Positions 27,773-37,178 of a stretch of DNA of 62,047 bases are shown here, piece by piece. The notes under the pieces are model-generated. The model saw only the letters and a list, made by a program, of their open reading frames with translations. It was not told the origin of the DNA and ran no database searches. A program made the position numbers and the translations under genes. Source of the DNA: Hyphomicrobiales bacterium (lineage in GTDB: Bacteria; Pseudomonadota; Alphaproteobacteria; Rhizobiales; Methyloligellaceae); contig JAJFHO010000187.1 in assembly GCA_021775575.1 (NCBI GenBank), positions 1 through 62,047 on the forward strand, read 5' to 3'. Position 1 is the stretch's first letter, and each line of letters begins with the position of its first letter.

Positions 27773-27884
27773 CGCCCCTTTCCTGTTTATCAAACCTCTG
27801 CGATAAAGCACCGGACTGGCGCTTGCCGGCAGCAGGTGGCAAAGTCATCCGCCGATACACACCCTCGCAGAGGAACGGCTGTTC

Positions 27885-28823
27885 ATGATTGAGTACGCAT
27901 TGCTGGTAGCGCTGGGCTTTCTGGTAGCGGGCATTCTCGCGCTATTGTTCGCAGGTCCTTTCTGGCGCCGTGCGGTACGGCTGACGACCAAGCGGCTTGA
28001 GGCGACCATGCCTATGTCGATTGCCGACATTCATGCCGACAAGGACCAAATGCGCGCCGAATACGCCGTCGAAATCAGGCGTCTGGAAATCGCCCATGAC
28101 CGGGAAAAGGAGCATGCCGCCCGTTATCTGGTCGAGCGCAATAAACACAAAGTTGAAATCGGCGAGATGAAGACCCAGCTCAAGGCGCTCACCGCCCAGC
28201 TCGCCGAACGCGGCAACGCGAGCACCGTCCTGGAACAGACAATACGAAAGAAAATACCTGAATTGCGAGAGCAGCTGGAGCGGGCCCGCCAGATTATCGC
28301 CACCCGCGACCGGGAACTGGCCCGCGTGCAGACGGCCTACGACAACCAGACCGAGGCACTTGGCACCGCCAAGAAAGCGAATGGCCGTTTCAGCACCGAA
28401 ATCGAGCGGCTCAGGGAAGCGCTTGAGAGCGGAGCGGCACGCGACTCCGGCAGTGAAGCTGACGGTGACGCTGCCGCACTGGATATGGCGAACAAGAGGC
28501 TGCAGGCCGATATCTCCCGTCTGCGGCAGGAGGTCGGTCAGCTTAGGGAAGAGGATGCCGCCGCCGCCGCCGCGCTCAAGGACGAGATGCACGAGCTGGC
28601 CGGGCAAATGCTGCGCGGCACGCCGGTCAAAGCACGGAGCCCGGCGGCTGGAAAGCGCAAGAGCGCCGGGTCGAAAGCGGACGATCAGGAAGACGATGCC
28701 ATCGAGACCGTGGCGCCTAAAGCGGAACAGCGCAAAAGAACTTCGGGCAGGCACGCCAAAAAAACATCCGGACGCAGCCTTGCCGACCGCCTCAAGCAGC
28801 TCGCGGTCAAGACCGACGCGTGA
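27885..28823 (+). CDS. membrane-anchored coiled-coil protein, unknown function
   Basis: One N-terminal TM segment (YALLVALGFLVAGILALLFAG), a long heptad-like charged region and a basic tail. I recognised no family. Confidence 0.5.
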   Translation: MIEYALLVALGFLVAGILALLFAGPFWRRAVRLTTKRLEATMPMSIADIHADKDQMRAEYAVEIRRLEIAHDREKEHAARYLVERNKHKVEIGEMKTQLKALTAQLAERGNASTVLEQTIRKKIPELREQLERARQIIATRDRELARVQTAYDNQTEALGTAKKANGRFSTEIERLREALESGAARDSGSEADGDAAALDMANKRLQADISRLRQEVGQLREEDAAAAAALKDEMHELAGQMLRGTPVKARSPAAGKRKSAGSKADDQEDDAIETVAPKAEQRKRTSGRHAKKTSGRSLADRLKQLAVKTDA

Positions 28824-28854
28824 CTGTTTGCCGCTTGGGAAACAACTCCAGAGC

Positions 28855-29622
28855 CTAGGATTCCACGCTCAGAATTGCGCGTGCGGTATCGCGCAGGCGC
28901 AATGCCGTCAGCCGGCCATACAGCAACACGCCGGTATCGATTCCTATCCTGTTGAACGAAATCTGCGGGGACTCCCTTGGCGTATGCCCGTGGACCACGA
29001 CTTTACCGAAGTCCTCGCTCGAATTGAGAAAGGCGTGGCGAACCCACATCAGGTGCTTGGGCTGCTGGCGCTCAAGCGGCACGCCGGGCATCACGCCGGC
29101 ATGGGCAAAAAAGTAACCGCCGAACATTGCGGACAACTGAAGCGTTTCAAGAAACCGCAGATGGTGAACGGGCATCGCCTCCTGCAGAGCGTCGCGGCAC
29201 GCCGCCGCGCCGGTCTCGTCATCCGCGAAAGACCTCGGATCAACTCCATAAGAAACGATCGTCGCTTCCCCGCCATTGTGGCGCCACAGGCCGAACTCAG
29301 CGGGGTATTGTAAAAAATCGAGCATCATCGCCTCATGATTCCCCTTGAGGCAGATTGCTTCAAACCCGGGCGGCAAAGCAGCGGAAATACGTTCGATTAC
29401 GCCGGCGCTGTCGGGTCCCCGGTCGACATAATCGCCAACGAAAACCAGAATCTGCCTGTCCGCGTCAAAGCTGCCGGCGTCGTCCGCAATTCCGTCCAGA
29501 AGCCGGTCCAGCAAATCCAGACATCCGTGAACATCGCCGATGGCGTATATCAGGCTTCCAGGCGGCGTGACCGATTTCCCGGCGGGTAAATTCTCGACAG
29601 TGAACATCTTCGCTCCGGGCAT
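28855..29622 (-). CDS. PPP-family metallophosphoesterase (PrpA/PrpB-like Ser/Thr phosphatase)
   Basis: Motifs GDVHG, GDYVDRGPDS, GNHE and VVHGHTP are present in the canonical order. Confidence 0.8.
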   Translation of the reverse strand: MPGAKMFTVENLPAGKSVTPPGSLIYAIGDVHGCLDLLDRLLDGIADDAGSFDADRQILVFVGDYVDRGPDSAGVIERISAALPPGFEAICLKGNHEAMMLDFLQYPAEFGLWRHNGGEATIVSYGVDPRSFADDETGAAACRDALQEAMPVHHLRFLETLQLSAMFGGYFFAHAGVMPGVPLERQQPKHLMWVRHAFLNSSEDFGKVVVHGHTPRESPQISFNRIGIDTGVLLYGRLTALRLRDTARAILSVES

Positions 29623-29643
29623 TGCGAGGTCAACGCTTCAGCG

Positions 29644-31020
29644 TCAATCGTGCAAAACGACGACTTTTTCCTGTTTCTCGACACCGTCGACCCCGGACTT
29701 GTCGACCCTGTAGTCGGCACGCTCCCGGTAGCCCTGTTGCACAGCCGTTCTCAGGCACTCGTCGGTGGTCACCGCGCGGGCCGCGAGCGCCTTGTTGTGC
29801 TTCTCAAGCTTGGCAGACAAATTCACAACCGCGCCAATGACGGTATATTCCAGCCGGTTCAGGCCGCCGACGGCGCCGAAGACCAGAGGGCCGGACGCAA
29901 CGCTTAGATTGACGACGATCGGGTCGAGGCCGGATTGCATACGCTCGGCATTCCACCCATCGACGGTTTCAATTATCTCGTCGGTCGTTCGCAACGCGTC
30001 CGCGGCATAGGAGTCCGAATCCGACGAAGCGCCGAATGTAGCCATGATCCCGTCACCGAGAAACTTGTCGATCGTCCCGCCATTGCGTTGAATGACCGGC
30101 ACGATTTGGGCCTGATATTCCGCCAGAAGCGTCATTACCCGGCTCGGGTCCATGGCGGCGGCCAATGTTGTGAAACCGCGGATATCGACGTTGAGCACGG
30201 CGGCCGTTCGCTTGACGCCCTCGCCCGCGGCGATTTCCTGGTCGGCGCCGCGGATCTGACTGGCAACGCTCTCATCGAAAAAACGCGACAAATCCCTCGC
30301 CGCGGTACTTTCCGCCACGGCATCGACCAGCAGATGGCGCCCGCGCCGCAGGGACAGTCCGAGAACCAGGGTCACTGTGAGAATTGCCAGGATCTTGTCG
30401 AATTCGGCACCGATGAGGATCGCGTTGCCGGTCAGATATTCAACATAGCTGCGCGTGATCATCGTGTCTTCAGGATCGATGTTGATGACATAATAGATCA
30501 TCATTACCCAGCCAAGGGCCGCCGCCAGCCCGGCCGCGACCACGAAGCGCGCCTCGAAGCGCAGAGCGCGCAACGCAATAAAAATAAACACATAAAGCAA
30601 TGCCGGCGCCTTGAGGACAAAGGATGCCGGCTGTTCATACTGGATATGAAAGCTGAGGATCAGCGTCATCAACAGCAGCATGTCGATCAGGATGGAAAAA
30701 TAGACCGCCCAGTCCGGCAGGCGCGCCTGCAGAGCCCAAATGAGACCGATAACCGTGAGGCCGAAATAACCGGCAAGGACGTACGGCACCGGCGTGAAGG
30801 CGGTACCGGCATGGGTCTTCGGCGCAAGCCCGTAAAGTGCAGCGAAAACAATGACGATAAACAGCTGAATCACCTTGATGAGAATTTCGCTGGCATCCTC
30901 GCGAACGGCGATGGAGCGCATAACCCGTTCCGGCAACGACACGAGTTTGTCGGCAACGCTTAAATCCTGGCGAAGCTGGGCTGTGACGGTTTGCCGGAAA
31001 GACGGGCTGTCTGAGGCCAT
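29644..31020 (-). CDS. membrane-bound class III adenylate/guanylate cyclase
   Basis: About 6 N-terminal TM segments, then a cyclase homology domain (AAVLNVDIRGFTTLAA, IDKFLGDGIMATFG, EYTVIGAVVNLSAKLE). Confidence 0.85.
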   Translation of the reverse strand: MASDSPSFRQTVTAQLRQDLSVADKLVSLPERVMRSIAVREDASEILIKVIQLFIVIVFAALYGLAPKTHAGTAFTPVPYVLAGYFGLTVIGLIWALQARLPDWAVYFSILIDMLLLMTLILSFHIQYEQPASFVLKAPALLYVFIFIALRALRFEARFVVAAGLAAALGWVMMIYYVINIDPEDTMITRSYVEYLTGNAILIGAEFDKILAILTVTLVLGLSLRRGRHLLVDAVAESTAARDLSRFFDESVASQIRGADQEIAAGEGVKRTAAVLNVDIRGFTTLAAAMDPSRVMTLLAEYQAQIVPVIQRNGGTIDKFLGDGIMATFGASSDSDSYAADALRTTDEIIETVDGWNAERMQSGLDPIVVNLSVASGPLVFGAVGGLNRLEYTVIGAVVNLSAKLEKHNKALAARAVTTDECLRTAVQQGYRERADYRVDKSGVDGVEKQEKVVVLHD

Positions 31021-31184
31021 AGGTCTATCTCCTCGCGAGACGCGCCATTGCCGGCGCGGGAACTCCGCCTGTTACGACCCTACCATGATCGCGGATGCAT
31101 CACGTCCGGATTAAGGCTCCGGCAACGGATCACTTTTATAGTGCAGTTATGTCGAGGGAATGAAACGGTCAGAGGACAATCAGG

Positions 31185-31856
31185 GTGAGCATTACGCCCG
31201 GTAATTTCAATTCAGACGAGCCGCCGGCAACGCCGCAAATGGCCGAACTGGAAAAGATGCTTGCGGGGCTGTCCACCGGTCTGGAAAAGCTGGTGGTGGA
31301 GACGATGCAGTCGCTCGAAGAGCGGGGCATCGACGCCGGTGAACTTACGCCGCTCATGAAACTCCGGCAAGCCGTGCGCGCCCTTGATCCCGGCGCGGCG
31401 GCGGCCCCGCAGACACCGCCCCCTGCTTCATCCGCGGCAGCGGCCGACGGCTCTCCTTTTGAAGCGCCAAACGGCGACCGGCATTATACACCAGACGGAC
31501 GGCGTGGTTTGGTCGAGGCAAGCACCAACCTCCTCGCGCGGGCCTCCGCCGTTATCGATATCATGGTGAAGGGCGGGCAAACGCCGGAGCATGCGGCGCA
31601 GGTCGTCACACGCCAGCTGCTTGGGGTCGGCATAAAGCTGCCCGAATCGGGCGGCGACGCGCGCGCCTGGAAGCGCCTGTTCAACTGGCGCAACAGCCTG
31701 ATCCACTACAAGCGGTCCGGCCAGGCCTGGGACGCTTATTGCGACTTCAAGGAACAGCTTGCGATCATCCCGCCGGAGCAGCGGTTGCGGCGCGCCGTCG
31801 GCGATCATTTGTGGGACCTGCGCCAGCAGGAAATGGCAAATCAGGAATCGGCATAG
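31185..31856 (+). CDS. hypothetical protein
   Basis: 223-aa ORF with a GTG start in an otherwise gene-free gap. I recognised no motif. Confidence 0.4.
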   Translation: MSITPGNFNSDEPPATPQMAELEKMLAGLSTGLEKLVVETMQSLEERGIDAGELTPLMKLRQAVRALDPGAAAAPQTPPPASSAAAADGSPFEAPNGDRHYTPDGRRGLVEASTNLLARASAVIDIMVKGGQTPEHAAQVVTRQLLGVGIKLPESGGDARAWKRLFNWRNSLIHYKRSGQAWDAYCDFKEQLAIIPPEQRLRRAVGDHLWDLRQQEMANQESA

Positions 31857-31880
31857 ACGAGCGATGCCTTGCCGGCGCTC

Positions 31881-33215
31881 CTACCGGTTGCCGTTGGCCA
31901 GCCGAACGGCCTCGGGAAGCGCGCGCAATTTCATCATCGCAACAATCCCGAGCGCCGGCCCCAGGGCAAGATAGACAAACGCGTAGCGCCATCCGACAGC
32001 GTCGACGAAAACAGGTGTCAGATGGATCGTAAACACAGTGATCAGAAACCCGATTGACGTCTGGATCGTGAGCATTGTGCCAATCAGTTCCGGCTCGCTC
32101 AGTTCCGTAACGCTTGCGGAAAACTGGGCGGAATCCGCGACCGCCGCCGCACCCCATATGACACCCAGCACCCATATGAGCCACGGCTCGACCCCATGCA
32201 GAAATCCGATAGTCGCGGCGCATAGGCCGCTGACGGTCATGGCACCGACGGTGAATGCCGTGCGTCCGATGCGATCGGCCGCCACACCGCCAAGCCAGCA
32301 ACTCAGCGCCCCCGCGCCAATCGCGGAGAATGTTGCCGTCATGGCGAGCATTGGCGAAGCCGGACCACCGGGATTTTCCGCGAAGCTCGACGCCAGGAAG
32401 ACGCCCAGCCACGCCCACATCGCATACAGCTCCCACATATGTCCGAAATAGCCGATGTTGGCGAGACGAAGCGGCTTGTTCGACCAGGCCTTGAGGACGT
32501 ATTGCACCTTGAATTGGCTGGTGATCCTGAGATTTGGCCCGGCCTCGACGAAAAACACGATCAAGACCGCGGTGGCCGCCAATGCCGAACTCCCGAGAAT
32601 CACGATACGCCAGTCCAGCGTGGCGGCTACGCCCAGCAAATGCGGCAGCGCGGACCCCAATGTCACCGCGCCGGTGAGCATGCCGATCAGCGTTCCACGG
32701 TCCCGCTCCGCCCATCCCGCCGCCATCTTCATCGCGATCGGGTAGACGCCGGCCATCGATGCGCCAACCAGGAATCTCAATGCAATAAAGCCGATCGAGT
32801 GCGGCGGCACGACCAGTGTCGCCAGATTCGCGGTGGCCGCCGCGCCGCAACACCACATGAAGATGTGCCGGGGTTCGGACCGGTCGGCAATCCCCGACAA
32901 CGCGCTGACCAGCGTACCGGCGACAAAACCTATGGCGACCATGCTGGAGGCGAAGCTGATCCATGCTTTTGGAACTGCGAATTCCGCGGCAAGTTGGGGC
33001 ATCACCGCCGTGGCCGAAAACCAGGTGCTGAGCGCCATGGTGGTCGCGGCGATCAACAGGAAGATCGACCGCCATTTACGGTTTGGATTTGAGCGGGCCA
33101 AAATTAATGCTTCCTGCGCTGCTGGCAGTTGTGGGACAGTCAACCCGATCATAGAGCCGGAACGCACCATCATACGCCAACTGGTTGACAGTGCGCGCAA
33201 CTTTGCAGTTATCAA
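31881..33215 (-). CDS. MFS transporter
   Basis: 12-TM-like profile throughout. The start codon is uncertain, because several in-frame Met codons lie near the N-terminus. Confidence 0.75.
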   Translation of the reverse strand: MITAKLRALSTSWRMMVRSGSMIGLTVPQLPAAQEALILARSNPNRKWRSIFLLIAATTMALSTWFSATAVMPQLAAEFAVPKAWISFASSMVAIGFVAGTLVSALSGIADRSEPRHIFMWCCGAAATANLATLVVPPHSIGFIALRFLVGASMAGVYPIAMKMAAGWAERDRGTLIGMLTGAVTLGSALPHLLGVAATLDWRIVILGSSALAATAVLIVFFVEAGPNLRITSQFKVQYVLKAWSNKPLRLANIGYFGHMWELYAMWAWLGVFLASSFAENPGGPASPMLAMTATFSAIGAGALSCWLGGVAADRIGRTAFTVGAMTVSGLCAATIGFLHGVEPWLIWVLGVIWGAAAVADSAQFSASVTELSEPELIGTMLTIQTSIGFLITVFTIHLTPVFVDAVGWRYAFVYLALGPALGIVAMMKLRALPEAVRLANGNR

Positions 33216-33421
33216 TGCACGATCAATTTATCGCCAGACGCATGGCCATCCTCGCCGGGTGAGGTAGTTTGAAGGATTGCCGATGGCGAACGGCACTTTC
33301 TTGGACGGATCGCCTCGGGCGGCATTGCGGCAGGGTTCGCGCGGCGATCGGCCGGCGAAACCCGGCGTAAACCTGTGAACGGCTGGCGCTGTTCGACTGG
33401 ATCGCTGGAAATGAAAGGCCG

Positions 33422-34147
33422 GTGAAAGTGCAAAATGAGTATCGGGCCGAGGACGACGTGGAAATCCAGGCCGACAGCTCACGTCAACGCAGCCTGTTTT
33501 CGATCCTGAACGATGGAACGCGCCAGGCATTCATGGCCCGCTGCAATCTGGTCCTGTTCGATCCCGGGCAGTCGATATTCCTGCAAGGCGCGAAGCATGA
33601 ACATTCCTACATCATCAAGAAGGGCACGGTCAGAACCTATTATGTCGCCGACTCGGGACGCGAAATAACACTCGGACACTGGTCGGAAGGCGATCTGGTC
33701 GGCGGGCCTTTGGTGTTTGGCGGCGGCTATCATGTGTGGTCCGCCGTCGCGACCAAGCCGTCGGAAGTGCTGGCCATAACCGGTCCGGCGCTCCGGGATT
33801 TCGCGACATTGCATGCCCAGGTCTACCCGTGGATCGTAGACGTGCTGAGTTTCAAATTGCGCTGGCTTTCAATTCTTTTCCAAATCCACGGAACCGAACA
33901 TGTCCAGGAAAGACTCATCAAGCTGCTGATCATGCTTGGTGATTTATTTGGTAATTTCGGTCCGCACGGCACCGTCATTGAGCACAGGATCAGCCAGCAG
34001 GACCTGGCGGCGCTTATTGGCGCATCCAGGCAGTGGACCAACAAAACCATGACGCACCTCAAAAAGATCGGGCTTGTCACCACCCGTGACCGGAGAATTA
34101 TCCTCCTGGATGTCAACCGCCTGAAAGCGATGATCGGCGACAACTAG
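33422..34147 (+). CDS. Crp/Fnr family transcriptional regulator
   Basis: cNMP-binding-like beta-roll (GQSIFLQGAKHEHSYIIKKGTVRTYY...GREITLG) and a C-terminal HTH (ISQQDLAALIGASRQWTNKTMTHLKKIGLV). It lacks an Fnr-type N-terminal Cys cluster. Confidence 0.85.
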   Translation: MKVQNEYRAEDDVEIQADSSRQRSLFSILNDGTRQAFMARCNLVLFDPGQSIFLQGAKHEHSYIIKKGTVRTYYVADSGREITLGHWSEGDLVGGPLVFGGGYHVWSAVATKPSEVLAITGPALRDFATLHAQVYPWIVDVLSFKLRWLSILFQIHGTEHVQERLIKLLIMLGDLFGNFGPHGTVIEHRISQQDLAALIGASRQWTNKTMTHLKKIGLVTTRDRRIILLDVNRLKAMIGDN

Positions 34148-34246
34148 CCCAACCGTTACATTCCATACGCGGCAATCCGCGAAAAATGGCGACCGACCGG
34201 GCAGCGGCCCGGGACGGAAATCACGCTCCACGCCGTTTTTCGCCGT

Positions 34247-34262
34247 TGTCAACTAGCTGACT
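34247..34262. promoter_or_regulatory. Crp-family-type palindrome TGTCA-N6-TGACT
   Basis: tgtca actagc tgact has 4/5 symmetric half-sites. It lies between the Crp/Fnr gene and the TAXI permease gene, about 200 nt upstream of the latter. Confidence 0.25.
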
Positions 34263-34460
34263 GCACTCGGCAAAATATCCAGCGACAGTTGATACGGGCG
34301 CGCCGGTGCCGGGGTTGCGATCGCAAGCGCGAAGCGCAACAGGCCGTGCCTTGGTCCCTTTCGACCCGCGAAACTTGCGCACCGGCTCTGGAGAATTAGC
34401 ACTTCCGGCAAGCATGCTGCCGCGTTTCCGCCAAACAAGGGCGGCTGGGAACAAGGGTTG

Positions 34461-36371
34461 ATGGAGACAGCATTACGATTTTCCAGAAACGGGCTGATCG
34501 CTTTTCTGTTCGGCTACCAGGTGCTCGTGCTGGTTCATCAATTCCAGGGGGCTCTTGAGTTATATTATTTCCACCTGGGCCTTATTTCGCTCGTCACGAC
34601 GCTCACCCTGGCGCATGGCGCATGGGGCACCGCGCCGACGCGCAAAAGCCAGGTCTATATCGCCGCGTTGGCCGTTCTGCTGGCGGCGACAATCGTTTCG
34701 GCGGGATATCTGTATCTCAATGTCAGCGAGATCGAGCTGCGGCAGCCCTTCCTTGAACAATGGGATCTTGAGGCGGGCGTGACTATCGTCGCCTGCGTGC
34801 TTGCGCTGACCTATCTGGTCTGGGGCAAGATACTCGCCACGGTGATCGCCTTCGCCATCTTCTATTTCGTGTTTGGCAATTATTTTCCCGGCAATTTCAA
34901 TTTCAATCCACCGGAAACGGAGATCATCGTCAGCTATCTCGCCGGGATGGGCGGCGCGCGCGGTGTGATCTGGGGCATACCCCTGTCGGCCAATACGTTG
35001 TTTCTGATCATCGTTTTCGGCGGCCTTCTCAAGGGCACGCGCATCCTTGAATTGTTCAATGAATTGGGGCGCATGCTGCTGAATATCTCACGTGGCGGAA
35101 TCTGCTATTCGGCCATCCTGGCAAGCACCGCCATCGGCATGGTGACCGGCCAGGCCGTCGCCAACATCGCGCTTTCGGGCTCAGTCACCATCCCTTCGAT
35201 GAAGCAGCGCGGCGTCTCGGGCGAGCGCGCCGGCGCCATCGAGGTTGTCGCCTCGCTGGGCAGTCAGCTGATACCGCCAATCATGGGGCTCGGCGGTTTT
35301 CTGATGGCCGTAAATCTCGGCGTGCCCTACGCCGACATCGCGACGGCCGCCATCGTGCCGGCCTTTCTGTTCGTGGTGGTATTGTTTATCGGCGCCTATT
35401 TCGTCGCCGCCTCGACGCCCTCTCTCGATGCCAGCAAGGAGCCGGTCAACGCGAAAATGATCGGCTGGATCCTGCCATCCTTTCTGGTCTCCTTCCTGAC
35501 ATTGCTCACCCTTCTCTATATGCGCTATTCGCCCGGATATTCAGCGCTGTGGGCGACCTTCCTGCTGCTTGGACTATCGATCGTCCGGCCAAGGGAATAC
35601 CGGCCCTCGATACGCCAGGTCTGGGATGGTTTGGTCTATGGCGTGATCTCCGCCTGTCATCTGGCGGTTATCCTCGCCGGCATCGGTATCGTCGTCCAGG
35701 TACTGGTGACGACCGGCACCGGTTTCGACCTGGGGCGTCTGATCATGGTTGCGGCCGGCGGTGAAATCTACCTTGCCCTGATCTTCGGCATGATGATTTC
35801 GCTGCTTGTCGGGCTGGGATTGCCGACCCCGGCGGCCTATGCACTGATCGCCATCATAATGGTGCCGTTCCTGATCGATTTCGGCATCCAGCCGCTGGTC
35901 GCGCACTTCTTCGGATTCTATTTCGCGATTTTCTCCGCCGTCACGCCTCCGGTCGCCGTCGGCGTCATGGCGGCCACGCGTATTTCGGGAGATTCATTTT
36001 ATGGCACCGCCAAGGAAGCGGTAAAAATGTCGTTGGTCTCGGTCCTCATTCCATTCGCTTTCGCTGCGTTTCCCTCGATCCTGGCATTTCCGAATATCGG
36101 AATCGACGGCGCATTGGTCGCCATCGCGCTAATCGTCACGACAATATTCTGGGGAGCATCGATCTACGGTGTCTTTCGGCGCCAGCTTTCCCGGCTGGAG
36201 CGCATCGCCTTGTTGGCGCCGCCGCTGTGTTTCATCGCACTTCTGGGGACGCGGCAAATCTTGTTCGCCGCAATCATCATTCTTGCCGGTGCGGTATTTT
36301 TTTCCTGGAATTCGTTTGTTCTTCGCCGGCAGGTGGCAAGCGGTAAGAAAACGGTCCGCGAAACGGCGTGA
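34461..36371 (+). CDS. TRAP transporter fused permease (TAXI-type DctQM-like)
   Basis: 636 aa and almost entirely TM segments. Linked to a TAXI-type binding-protein gene 0.8 kb downstream. Confidence 0.7.
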   Translation: METALRFSRNGLIAFLFGYQVLVLVHQFQGALELYYFHLGLISLVTTLTLAHGAWGTAPTRKSQVYIAALAVLLAATIVSAGYLYLNVSEIELRQPFLEQWDLEAGVTIVACVLALTYLVWGKILATVIAFAIFYFVFGNYFPGNFNFNPPETEIIVSYLAGMGGARGVIWGIPLSANTLFLIIVFGGLLKGTRILELFNELGRMLLNISRGGICYSAILASTAIGMVTGQAVANIALSGSVTIPSMKQRGVSGERAGAIEVVASLGSQLIPPIMGLGGFLMAVNLGVPYADIATAAIVPAFLFVVVLFIGAYFVAASTPSLDASKEPVNAKMIGWILPSFLVSFLTLLTLLYMRYSPGYSALWATFLLLGLSIVRPREYRPSIRQVWDGLVYGVISACHLAVILAGIGIVVQVLVTTGTGFDLGRLIMVAAGGEIYLALIFGMMISLLVGLGLPTPAAYALIAIIMVPFLIDFGIQPLVAHFFGFYFAIFSAVTPPVAVGVMAATRISGDSFYGTAKEAVKMSLVSVLIPFAFAAFPSILAFPNIGIDGALVAIALIVTTIFWGASIYGVFRRQLSRLERIALLAPPLCFIALLGTRQILFAAIIILAGAVFFSWNSFVLRRQVASGKKTVRETA

Positions 36372-36433
36372 GGCATAGGCCGGCTCGAGACCATTGTTGG
36401 TCACGGAACCAAAAAATAGCAGAGGAGAAATCA

Positions 36434-37132
36434 ATGCCGAAGGTCCTGTTGTTCGATACATGGGGTACGCTGGTGGACAATTACTCGATTGCCGATGTGA
36501 TCGAGCAATATGTCTATGAGTCTCACATCGCCCAGAAAATTGCCCAGGATTGGCGGTTCCAGCAAAAGTGGGCGATGTTCCATCTCACGCTCAGCGATAA
36601 TTTCGTGCCTCACCCGGGGCTCAACGAAGCCTGTCTGCGCTGGGCGCTGGATTTCCACAACGTCAAGCTCACGGATGAGGAGATCAAGGAGATAAACAGC
36701 CAGTATCACAAGCTCCGGGCCTACCCGGACGTGATCGGCGCCTTGAAGTCCTTCAAGGAAATGGGCCTGATCGTCAAGATCGTCGCCAACCCCACAAAGC
36801 AGATGATCGAGGATCACAGCAAGTTCGCCGGGACCTACGACTATATCGACGAGATCATCAGTTCAGGCGAGGAGGCCCGGGCCTTCAAACCCTCGCCCAA
36901 GGTCTACCAGCTGGGGATCGAGCGGGCCGGGTGCGCCAAGGAAGATATCCTCTGGGTCACGGGACATCAGTGGGAAGCCTTCGGCGCCGTGCGCCAGGGC
37001 CTTGACGTCGCCTGGACCAACCGGGCGCAGCAGCCGGTGCTCCCCATCGGCATCGAGTTCACCTACACGACCAAGAATCTTCAGGAACTGGCCGATTTGC
37101 TTTTGGCGGCCAATGCGCTTGCCGCCGAATGA
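36434..37132 (+). CDS. HAD superfamily hydrolase, type II haloacid dehalogenase-like
   Basis: Nucleophile motif LLFDTWGTLVD and AFKPSPKVYQ are present. The usual SN...WD motifs are replaced (ANPTK, GHQWEAFGA). Confidence 0.7.
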   Translation: MPKVLLFDTWGTLVDNYSIADVIEQYVYESHIAQKIAQDWRFQQKWAMFHLTLSDNFVPHPGLNEACLRWALDFHNVKLTDEEIKEINSQYHKLRAYPDVIGALKSFKEMGLIVKIVANPTKQMIEDHSKFAGTYDYIDEIISSGEEARAFKPSPKVYQLGIERAGCAKEDILWVTGHQWEAFGAVRQGLDVAWTNRAQQPVLPIGIEFTYTTKNLQELADLLLAANALAAE

Positions 37133-37178
37133 CCGAGAGCGCATCTGTGTAACAAATAGTCCACTGGGAGGAAAAAAG

